Below are positions 13,045 through 25,000 of a stretch of DNA of 64,000 nt, piece by piece (within the stretch, counting starts at the first letter, position 1; each line of letters begins with the position of its first letter). The DNA lies in the NCBI RefSeq assembly GCF_964355755.1, contig NC_092674.1, positions 22,878,001 to 22,942,000 on the forward strand. The letters run 5' to 3'. The stretch comes from Antedon mediterranea (taxonomy: Eukaryota > Animalia > Echinodermata). A program made the translations under genes and the position numbers. Under the pieces are notes generated by a model. That model searched no databases. It had not been told where the DNA came from and saw nothing but the letters and a program-made list of their open reading frames with translations.

Positions 13045-16000
13045 CTGTAAAAGAAATAATAGAAAAACAAACAATTGTTAAAGACTATCAAATTTCTATT
13101 ATAATTCTCGACAGTTAAGACAAGCTTTAAACACACTTTTAATTTTGTTCATCATCAGTTTGTTTCGCAAGGTGTTATGGTTGCTTGTGCACGCCTCAGA
13201 TATACTATGCAAGAGCCATCATTACAATACTATCAAATAACTTTGAACTCAATTCTAACTTTTTAGTTAAATTCTTTTCTAGTTTCTTCTCTATATTTTA
13301 CTGTTATAATAATATTATTTTGTTAAATTAATTGATATAATGACATAAACATTAGATATACTTTAACATCATTAATAAATATAAAATGTGAGACTCAGTT
13401 TCCCATTACAATCATAATAAAAGTTCATAAAAGTACATTAATACAGAAAAAAATACTCAAAAGAAAGTTAAACAAGAAATATTTCTTACAAAAAACGCCG
13501 CTCGACATTTTAAAATTAATCATTTTTCTTTTGATTAATTTATGATTTATTAAAAAGATGTCCTTTAATCGCAAAGATACATACAAATCACAGATAATTC
13601 TTTAATTATGAATCACATGCCCATTTTTGCACTAGTTAATTGTATACACAGCATTTGAAAGAAGACATGTGTACCTATCCAACAATGTATTATTTGCCAA
13701 CAAATATTAATCTACTAATTAAAAAATGGCATTTAAAAATGGTCAATTTTGAACTTTAATGTGCTGTAGCCTGTTTGAATGTGACCTCAATCTGAACTGT
13801 TGTAGGCATGCAACTGAATACCCCCTAGAGCCAACTTGTGTGGTGGTTCTTCCACAATCTGTTGATTCGCGTCAACCAATCAAAGGGCAAGAATCCAAAA
13901 TCATTCAACCGTGAGCCCTCATAGACTTGCAGGAGTCATCTCTTGTGACGTAGCGGGCTAGAGCAGCAGCGTGAAAACAAGTTACAATATCACAAATGTT
14001 CAAAAATACTGTACTGTACAAGTCACAATTGTTGCTTAATTACTATTTAAACATGTATTATTTAACAATTTTTTACAGTACCATATTGAACTTTAATTAA
14101 TTAGTTTTTAATTTAATTAAATTTTTTTTAAATATCATAGAATAATAATTATACCTTGTCTTGAATGGTCTTCAGTTACAGGTTTGTCCTTGAAAGCAAC
14201 ATCATATTTGTAGACATGCCTTGTACACAAGAGCTTGGCTAAATTATTGTGTTCATGTCTTAAAGCAATGATCATGGTTGGTAATTGGTTTGCTGGTTGG
14301 CGTTGTCTCCAACTATCCAGAGCATTCATCATTCTGTCTTGTAAATATCTGTGTTGGTCTTCGATGTCATTAAGATCAGTCCATTTAGCTCCAAGTCGCA
14401 GTGCTAGTCTTCTCCATCCTGAGCCTAAGTTCTCACAGATGAATAGTAGGTCTTGATCATCAAAATTATCTACAGTAAACAAGAGAAAAGAAATAGACAT
14501 ATTATATACAAGTGAAAAAATTAAATGAGAGTCACTAAGATTAAGAAGATAAAGGGAATGCAAGTGAAGAAAAGAAAAATAAACAATAATACAAGTACAA
14601 TATGTGAGTGAAAACCATAATGTAAAGAGGGAAGAAAAAATGCAATTGCATGAAGAAAATTCTGAGTGAATACAATTAATACGAGTATAAAATGATATCT
14701 CTGTTGGGCTTAATCTTCAAATGAACCAGGAAAAGCAAAAAAAAAACATCAAGAAATTTAAATGAGATGTATTTTTCTAGTAAAATGTTACTGGCTGAAA
14801 TATGATTAAAATTGTTCTCAAAATTAACTAGTAATACACAAGAGGCAATGTTGAAGGCACATACTGTAGAGATGGTGGAGATGGAATTGAGGACACCAAT
14901 ATAATTCATAGTACAGCACATGCATGTCATTTATTATATAGTATACCTGAATTTTTTACGATATCTTGAGGATTTGAGTCAGATCCAGTATCATTCTGAT
15001 ATCTACTGGCAAGATCCTTTAACCCATGTTGTTTTAAAGCATTGCACAATACTGCAATTTGATTGTCTCCACTTCTTTTACATCTCCATTGCTTTAGCAT
15101 ATATTCTGTAGCCTTATCGATTTGCCTTTCATAACCTAAACTGTTCAATTTAGACCATTTATGCCCAAGACGAACACCTAGTATTTTCCAGCAATGTCCA
15201 ATTTCCTCGGATACTTGTGCAATGATGATGTCATCCACATAACCTTTGAGAAACAACAAGCTACGGTTTTAATAAAATGAAGAACACAATTGTATAATAC
15301 ATACAAAGAAATATAAAACATAAAAATAAGTTTGACTCGTAACGTCTTCAGCTGCATTTATTATCTCTCTAACTCTTTTATTGTTTGCTATGGATCATTA
15401 CTCTGTGATGTAATGATCTCAGTAATGTTTGCAATTTTTTTAGGCATTGATAAATTATGTTACATAATACGTCAGTATTACTACAATATTGAAATTTCTT
15501 ACCATTAGGTTTGGTAAGTTCAAGTTGAGACTGCGGAACATCTATAAAGATAAATACATTAGATATTATTTTATACCATGGACAAATGAACACAAGGATA
15601 TGAATCAGTTTGAGATCAAATGTCTTTTGCGGCACAGCATGGGACTGCCCACAATGTTACAAAATAATTAAGGGCTTCTTAGCGACGCATGTGCCCATGA
15701 GGCAAAACTCTCCCTTAGCAGAAATGGTCCACAGGCCTGTCAAGAGTGTCAGCCCATAAAAAACACAATTGTACTTTGATTATTTTAACTGCCCATCAAA
15801 TACAACCCAAGGGTACTATTTGGTCATTTACAACAAGGTCACCTGGACAGCTCATGAAAATTCCTACATGGTTTTCAGCAATTTCTGTAGTGAAGTGTCT
15901 GTCACACTCCAGCTGGCCTCTAATGTGTGTCAAGATAACCAATCAGAACTCCTAAATTGTTTAAAACAGACCAAGATTTATTACCCGGATTTTTTAAAAA

Positions 16001-19000
16001 ACCCGGGTGAAATGGACTGATTCTGCTAAGGGAGAGAAATGCCTAATGCATTAAGATGGCATGTGTCTTTCAAAACGTGGGATGGTTAGTGACATATCGC
16101 AACTGGCCAGCCAATCCTAGATCAGAAATGCCAGCTTGGCTTTGATTAGACCCGGTGATCGGTCGTGACATTGATGTCAACTAACCAATAGCCAATCACC
16201 AAGGCAGATTCATGAAAAAGCCAATGCCTAGTCATGTATTTAAAACAATGTTTTTGGACTGCACATCACTGCACACGGTAAAGACATACATGGTCAAATG
16301 CATTTAATTTAATATTCTATAGATTAACGTAACTTTTAGTTTCAGGAGGCTTCCAGAACAATATAAAATAAATATCAAAATAACATTAACCTTGTGATGG
16401 TACAGTCTTGCCAAACAATTTACGATAGCGTGTCACTTCCATCCCATTGCTTCCACAAGGGAGCACATCTTTGTCGAACTTGCGAACAACATGCATATGG
16501 GCATCGTTACTACATACACAAGGGATGTACATTTTTAATTCAACACCTCGTGCACCTCTTGGGCTGAAAACTTGTAATTCTGTTTCAAGGAAACGTAGAA
16601 CCTAGAAAAAAATTATACACCAATCATACACTTACGTTTAAACTGTTACTTTTTAAAATGTAATGAATTTTAATATTATAACAACTAGTGAAACATTTAA
16701 TGAATAGGCAAACTGCCTTAAAATGTGGAACTAGAAACTATTCTCATCATCAGAACAGAAAACAATGCCTAGAGTACTTATATACCAATAGGACAGGTTG
16801 TATGTAAATGAGGAAGTAATTAGCATGATAAAACAACAAGGAACTATAATAATAATTGATGAGGTTCAAAGGCTATATTGCTCCATATTTTTGGTGGTAG
16901 AACGAGTCTTCTCGGATAAGAACTATAAACTGTAGATCCAGTACACAAAATGCTTGTATGCAGATGAAACGTGGTACTATTGTAGCTCACAGCCACTGTC
17001 CTGGACAAAATCGTGCCGTAGTTGGCAGAACCAACATGACTTGAGGAGAAGCGTGTAGTTGAAAAGTGTAACAGCTCATTGAGACGAAATTGTTTGTGGA
17101 ATGCGCTATATTAACATTAGAATGGAGGATTTATTGACTATGAATGCTGATTGATGGATAATTTGGTAGATGACTGGTGATGATTGATAATTGGTTATGA
17201 TTTATGGTGATTGATGAGAATGAGGATTTCATTATTTATTTGGTCTTGTTTTCCTTATTTACATTTAACAACAAAACTGAATTGGGGAGATCAGGGTCAA
17301 CCTAAGTGAACACTGTAGCAGAGCCGATTGACCCAGATGACAGATGATGATTCAAGAGGTTTTTTTTCTTGTTTGGCACGTTAGTGGCCCATAACTGTAT
17401 GCCATTAAAAAAAATAATTAATGATGCAAGCATACCTCTTGACATAAACTAGGTAGAGGTTCATCATCCTCTGTAGGTCTATCAGTGTTGATGATCTTTC
17501 TCCTTGCTATTGTTGTCTGCAACATAAAAATAGCAAAAGAAAGATGTTTTCACTAAACAACATATCACAAATGATTATGACTTTTATTTAAGTTAAGTTA
17601 GTCATGTCATGTATATTGACAAACCACTCAAACTGTACTGTACAATGCATGCCCAAACTTTGGACCTGTAGGCAAATTTATTCAAGATCTCTTAGTTTTA
17701 ATGCAGGGGGTAATAACAGTTGCTGGCATATCATAACACTTCATAATCTACAGGATAAACATATCTATCTAGTACTAATGTGAATTATGTATACCTGGAA
17801 CATACGGCAGTGTTTGATGGTAGCTACATCTAGAATGACATGATGGTGCTCATCAACATCTAATTCTACATGCTCATATGATAGTTCAGGTTGAATATCT
17901 TCCATCTGGAACTTTTCAATGAACTTAGTAGCTGCACGCTGAAAAAAATCATCTGGAAGATAGCCAGCAAAACCATGAAAAAGTGAAATTGCACCTTTCC
18001 CATTATGGAAAATTGGTTTCCTATCAACGTGTTCTGGCTTCAAACGTGAAAGCACATAGAAAATCCGGCCATCACCCTTTAAAGTAAAAGAGAAAGCAAC
18101 ATGTTATTTTAGCTGCAGCTACTGCTGTTGTCATTGGAATCTTCATTCAACAAGATGTTGTTTTAAGAGGTTTGACATGTGAGGTGCAAAAACTAAAGCA
18201 ACTTGGAATACCTTTGTACTCTTTTTTTCACACACTAAACCAAACTTCTGCATTAGTGATGCAAAGAAGTTAAATGTTTCTTCGGAATCACAGAAATTCT
18301 TCCACAAATCCTTCAACAGCCGTTCCATTAATATACCAGAGTTGAGGTTTCTCCAATCATTTTTAAAAATTGGATTCTAATAAAAAAAAAATCCATTTCA
18401 ATTGTATAAGAGTATATCTAGATTGCAAAACTATTAAAAATACTTGTTATAAGCTTTTATTGTAACACACCAAATAGATTTTTGTCATTTGATTGTACAT
18501 TCATTTTTGTTACACAGGGAGTGAGCAACCACGTACATGAAAAGAGGCTAGACTGTTGTTGACTGATCATATTCAATCAACCTGTAGTGAGCACCATACA
18601 TAATTGTTCTACTCTGTCAAAAATTGGAGTGCTGCTATTTCGAATGGTTTAGGCCTTGGGCTAGCTTTTTGTTAAAGTAGGTGTGTTATAAAACAAATAA
18701 TGAATGTTGTATTCATACAAATAATTTCGTTCAGTAAAAGATGAAAATATAACACCTTATGAAATTATTTCTACCATTTCACTCATAAACATTCATTTGT
18801 ATAATTTAGCAAAATAAAAGCTATAGGCCTACTTTTTTTACACAAATCTCAGATAAAAATGGAATTTAATGGATTAATTAATTTTATCTATATTTTTTAT
18901 AAGTACATTTTTTATAAAACATTTAAAAATGTAGTTATATTCAAAATTCTGTACACAGTAGCAAATCATTTATAAACAACATGTGCTAACCTGAAGCTTA

Positions 19001-22000
19001 GCATCTATAACTGTGATGATTGTTTTGAACATGTCTACCAGTCGTATCAAGTCTAAAACCACTAGATGTTGTAAGCATTCGTTATCAGGATAATACAGAA
19101 TTTCACCGATATCATGTAAATACTCAAGAAGCACCCTGAAATTACGTTCTCCAAGGCGGACAACTAACTCAATGATCTAAAATTAAAAGACATTTTATTT
19201 TAAAATGTTTTCAGTGTTGTCAGATTTAAAGAACCAACCCCCTTTCACTAAATACAAAACAAAGATGTATGTTCTCCATTGCAGTTGAACTAAGACCTTG
19301 CAGAACAAAATCCAAATTTTATTATATTCCACTTCCCCAGATTAAACGTAATAAATTTCTAAAATGTCTTAAGCTCTATCTACACTATCAAACTACAAAA
19401 AAAGTGTGATGTGCCCAAATATGGTAGTGATATGGCATCATCATGCCCATATATGGGCATTTTTTTGTCATAAAGTTTGAAAGTGTAGACATAGCTTTAT
19501 TGTCTACAGCCCCCACCCCTCCACCCCACAAAAATTCACAAATGAATGTTTTAAAAAGATTCTTGTGTCTAACCTCTGAAGTTGGTAGATATATGTTATC
19601 CTTTTTTAATAATTGGATCTCCTTCTGGACTCGCAGCCATTTAATTGGCATAGGACGGATCATTTTTTTGGCAATCTCCAATATTTGCTTTATGATGCTA
19701 GAGGCATTGTTATTCCCAAATGGTAAACTATTTTCAATGGCAAAAATAGTTGAAAGCACGATTGCCTCATATGGTTTGCCTTCCAGCGATTGTTGAACTT
19801 TTTTTGATAACTCTTCAAACTGCAAGAACAATACCATGAAATGAAGATATTATGTGGCAAGTACGAATTACATTATTAGGGACTGGTACGTTGACTGGCA
19901 AATGTGAGTGCTTGTTCAGTGGCATTTTGACGTTTTCTCTGTGACATGAGTACCAGTGGACGTATGACGGCATAACACTGTAAAAGTTTACCCAAAACCA
20001 TGGCCGAGAATCTCGTGATGTTTTCTGAGAATGTAGTAAAGTGATTTTCAGTCAAATTGTATTTGAATTATTCATTTTGTATTGGTTATTTTAAATAAAG
20101 CTTTTACTAATACAGGTTATGGCCTGGGTCTTATCACTAGGACGGCAGACTTCAGTCAGAAAATTAAGGATCTCGGCTAGGCCTAAGCTACACACTTAGC
20201 CTGACTTAAGCCCTGTGTACTACCACCGGCCTAGCGGTGGAATAGCTCCACGGATGAGCGCTACTATAGAGATTACAAGGTCAGATCCCAAGGATTAGTG
20301 AGGGAGAAGTTGTAACTGTAGTAAAAAATTAATCGAACAGGGTATTTATGATGGCAACATACAATGTCCTTGTGCTGTTTTAACTTCCTAGTTTTTAAGC
20401 TTTCAATATTACATTTACATACATAGGCATAAAAAGTGTTTTTTATATGGTAGCTTCTCCCAATTGTTCATACAGCTTATATTGTACAATTTTTTAATTT
20501 AAAAACCACCCTGCCATTTTTTACTTTACATATACTACACCTTTTGTTTCCTTTCCTCATCATTCTCTCCGAGGCTGTTTAAATGTGTACCTATCAGTAA
20601 CACATGTGGATTATCCTCTCCTCCACCTTTACTCTGTGTATACACTGAACGAATCCAGAAATGAATGAACTGTAAATTTGTCATTCTATGTGAATATAGT
20701 TCATCCTAGATTTGTTTTAAATAAAATAAATGAGCACATCATTAGTAAAATTATATATAGGTATTTATTCATAAAAAAACACATAAAAAGTACAAACAGA
20801 AGGCAGCCAACAGCTGAAAAATTCTGCAAACAACGTACATTTACTCAGGAAGTTACATGGGAGAAAATTTTACTTGGAAAATATGATGTCAAAATTAATG
20901 AAATATTTTCCATTTTAACTTTCTGTGTTTATAAAAATAAAGTCAAACACAGACTAGGACTTGTTAAAAAATGTCCATGGTTAATGTTCACTGCGGAGTT
21001 AGAAGATATAATCAATTGTGAGTTTTTAATAAATAAAGAAAAGGCAAAAAAAATGTGGTCAGATATGGACCGTAACAATTTAGCAAGGTATAAAATTAAC
21101 GTTTATAAAATTGATATTTAGGTAAAGTAAAATATAACTTTTTTTTTTTGATTGTCTGAAAGAGATAAAAAGAGTTATAAAATTAAGAATTCTGTGGTAA
21201 ATTATACGTACATTGTTAAGGATTGAAAAACGTGTAAAGAGTGTATAACATAGAGGAATTTTTTTTTCTTTCCTTATACTATTATATATAAAATGCAATG
21301 GTAGGAGTGAGATATCAGTTGTACTGAAAGTTAGTTAATGTCAATTATATTGTATTGTATCATTACATTACTCATGTGCTCAATGTACTCATTGTAAACG
21401 AACATTTTATTGATGAAGAAATAAAAGTGGGTCGATCCTACATAAGACAAAAAAAAAAAAACAACGTACAAAGTAAAAATTCAACAGAATCAAACAACAA
21501 TATAATATATACAAGTACAAGTAAATCATTAATAATGTTAGGGATGGTAGAGCGTTTCCAACGATTAGTTTTACACAAGGGATCCAACAAATTAATATGT
21601 CTCAAATTGCGACCGCAGTTACGATAAGGGGAAAGCATATCACGATAGAGTTTAGAGAGTAGTAGCCCCTTCCCAAACTTCATCATCAAGTTATCTCTTC
21701 TGGCTTCAAGGGAACATAATCCAGACATGGATAAAGCATTTTCATAACTGATGTAATTAGCACCGTATATACATCTTAGAGCTCTCTTCTGTACCCTTTC
21801 AATTCTAGTACATTGGATATTGGTTAATGAGCTATGTCACAAGGGACACGCATATTCCAAAACTGGACGTATGTACGTAGTAAAAACATTTAACAGGTCG
21901 TTAGCTGGGGCCAAAGCTTTCCTAAGAATGGAAAGGGTAAAAAGTCGTTTAGATGCTTTAGAAACACATTCATTAATTTGAATGTCCCATTTAAGATCAC

Positions 22001-25000
22001 ATTGTATTACAACTACTAGTAATTTTAAAGACTCAACCACTTCGATGACATTCGATTTACAAGTGTAAAAATTGGTTGCGGTGTGTGGCCCTGTAAAAAG
22101 GACACTCTCATAATATGACATTTACTAGGTTTGGGGAGCAAGTTGTTACTAGAACACCAAGTGTCAACATTGTTAAGTATAGTTTGCATATTTTGATCAT
22201 TTCCCCTTCTATAATTAACAACTTCCCCGATGGTTAAGTCATCCACATATTTCCACCTCTTAGGAGTATCTTGGGCAACATCATTGACAAGCACTAAAAA
22301 AAGGATGGGACCCTACTTAGTCCCCTGGGGGACACCACATGTGATGCTTAGGGTGGACGAACAAACTATAAAACATGAGTAATGGTTGAGAAAATTACTT
22401 CAACTCTAGGGTTGTTCTATTAAAATTTGAAATTCAAACTAAACCACTAAAATACAATTTGGGAAAAACATAACATTGTTGAGTGTATTGTAAAATATGT
22501 AAAATAAACAATGTATAGAAACTTTTCAAATTCTTCTGAATGTATTAAAAAATGTGAAATTTTAAATCACAGAGCAAGTATTTAGTCCATAATTATGTTT
22601 GTATGAATAGAGTATCACGGTGCTGACGTTACAATACCATGTAACATCTCCTTATTACGCAGCAACAGACCAAGCGTTCTTCAATGACACTTTTACGGTC
22701 TTGCGATTCAATGGTAAACAGGCATTGTACTCCCTATTTTAAGTTTGTCATTTTAAGTACACCAGATATTTAGTTAAATGTACTGTATGTTTTCGTAATT
22801 GTTTACGTTTTATTTGTAGATTGCTGATTGTCATATTATTGATGTTGTGATTCTCTGTGTTTAGAGAAGGATGCTTTAGACCAGGTCCGCCTTATATTAG
22901 CCAATCAAAATCGTGTAAATTTTGGAGGGAAAATGTTATCCTCCTCTGAAGTCTAAAATTTGCATATCCAGTATAAAAGTAGAATGTAATAGATATTGGA
23001 AGAGAGGAGAGAATAAGATCAGAGTAGATAAACGGAAAGATGAAAAAGAATATATTAAGGCTTGACTGGTAGTGGTAGAAAGATGTATTAATCGAGTTAC
23101 AAGGAATAAAAGTTCTAGTTGAGTTAAATATACTTTTTGTATGAGTTATCATTCAGTGACAGCTGTGTACGTCGCGTGGAAATATAATTATACGCCTGAG
23201 AAAGCTCGGAACCAACTAAGATAAATTCACTACATGGTGGCAGCGGTGAAAATTTTTGTTTAAGATACATGATTTAAGTATCAAGAAGAAGAAGAAGTGA
23301 CAGTGCCTACTCTACGGGCCTGTTAAATCAGTAACCAAAAAGTTAAATGGTTACGAAGATCTGGATTCCTGACAGTTTTTATACCGTGCGTTGTTTGGAT
23401 ATTACAACGAAGAAGAAGTACTGTTGAGCTCAAGACTGCTGGATATTCATCGGCGATATATATTCACTGAGATCTGAAAGAAGAAGACTGAAGTAACAGA
23501 AGGAAGCCCAGAAAATTGTGAGAAGATTTGCAAAGCTGACGTTGTAAACTATTTTTATTTCGAAAGTAAATTTTTGTACGGAGCGAACTTGGAACGTTGT
23601 TTGTGACTTTGAAGTAAATTAATGTCTTATATTGTATTGCATTTAAAAATTTATGTGGATTTCATATTTTTACATATCTGAATGGAATCAAGGTAATACA
23701 AATACTTTTATAACATATTTTGTATACATAAGTTTACATATTTCATTAGTAAAATTGTTATTAGCATGACAACTTTAAGATCGGGTAAAAATATAGATAA
23801 GACTATGTCAGACAAAGATACTAGGGAAGATATGGTTGACCAAGAAGAGGTTGACCAAGTCAATGAAATATATGATAAAATGGCTAGGGATATTGATTTG
23901 CCCGAAATACCCGGCGGTATGCCTAAAGATATGATGCTCGAATATTTTCGAATGAAGTTCGAGGCCGAAAACAAAAAGTTAGAATACCAATTAAGATTAG
24001 AAGCAGATATAGAGCAAAGAAAAATTGAATCACAAGAAAGAGTGAAAATGATGGACTCCATGAAGGGTGCCAATGTTAGACTTATGAGATGGGCTCTGTT
24101 TTTACAAGGATATAAATTTAAAGTTATTTACAAGAAAGGATCATTAAATGGAAATGCAGATGGATTAAGCCGTGCATAAATATATTATAGAGGTGTTATT
24201 TGTAGATAGTTTAAAGTAAAATGGTTTTATATGTTAAATTTTTGGAAAGATTGACACAATCTTTTTCCCAAAAAGGGGCATGTCATATTATTGATGTTGT
24301 GATTCTCTGTGTTTAGAGAAGGATGCTTTAGACCAGGTCCGCCTTATATTAGCCAATCAAAATCGTGTAAATTTTGGAGGGAAAATGTTATCCTCCTCTG
24401 AAGCCTAAAATTTGCATATCCAGTATAAAAGTAGAATGTAATAGATATTGGAAGAGAAGAGAGAATAAGATCAGAGTAGATAAACGGAAAGATGAAAAAG
24501 AATATATTAAGGCTTGACTGGTAGTGGTAGAAAGATGTATTAATCGAGTTACAAGGAATAAAAGTTCTAGTTGAGTTAAATATACTTTTTGTATGAGTTA
24601 TCATTCAGTGACAGCTGTGTACGTCGCGTGGAAATATATACGCCTGAGAAAGCTTGGAACCAACTAAGATAAATTCACTACACTATGATGCTTATTAATA
24701 ATAGCCACTTAACACTTTGACTGCAAGAGGTTTTTCCAGTTAGAAACTGCCACCGCCAGCGTTTTTAGCCCAATTCGATGTTTTTATTAAAGCTGATTGA
24801 AACTATGTATGTGATCTGATTTATATGTAATTTAGACTAAAACAATCATAAAGATTTTAGCTTTACAATGGTACCAAGAACGATTTTCCAATCGCAATAT
24901 GTAAATCGTAATAGTAAAATAAAAGTAACCCACTTTTTTAGTTTTTCGTAGTTTCGCGCAAGAAAGTCGAGATATTCGCGATTTTGTGCAAGACATCACA

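Noticed and set aside
7343-14456. Plus-strand ORFs overlapping the anoctamin and death-domain exons (7343, 7440, 12804, 14235)
   Set aside because: Antisense shadows of real minus-strand exons.
22892-24604. Identical 86-aa minus-strand ORFs at 22892-23152 and 24344-24604
   Set aside because: They arise from the duplicated LTRs, have low-complexity composition and show no recognisable domain.
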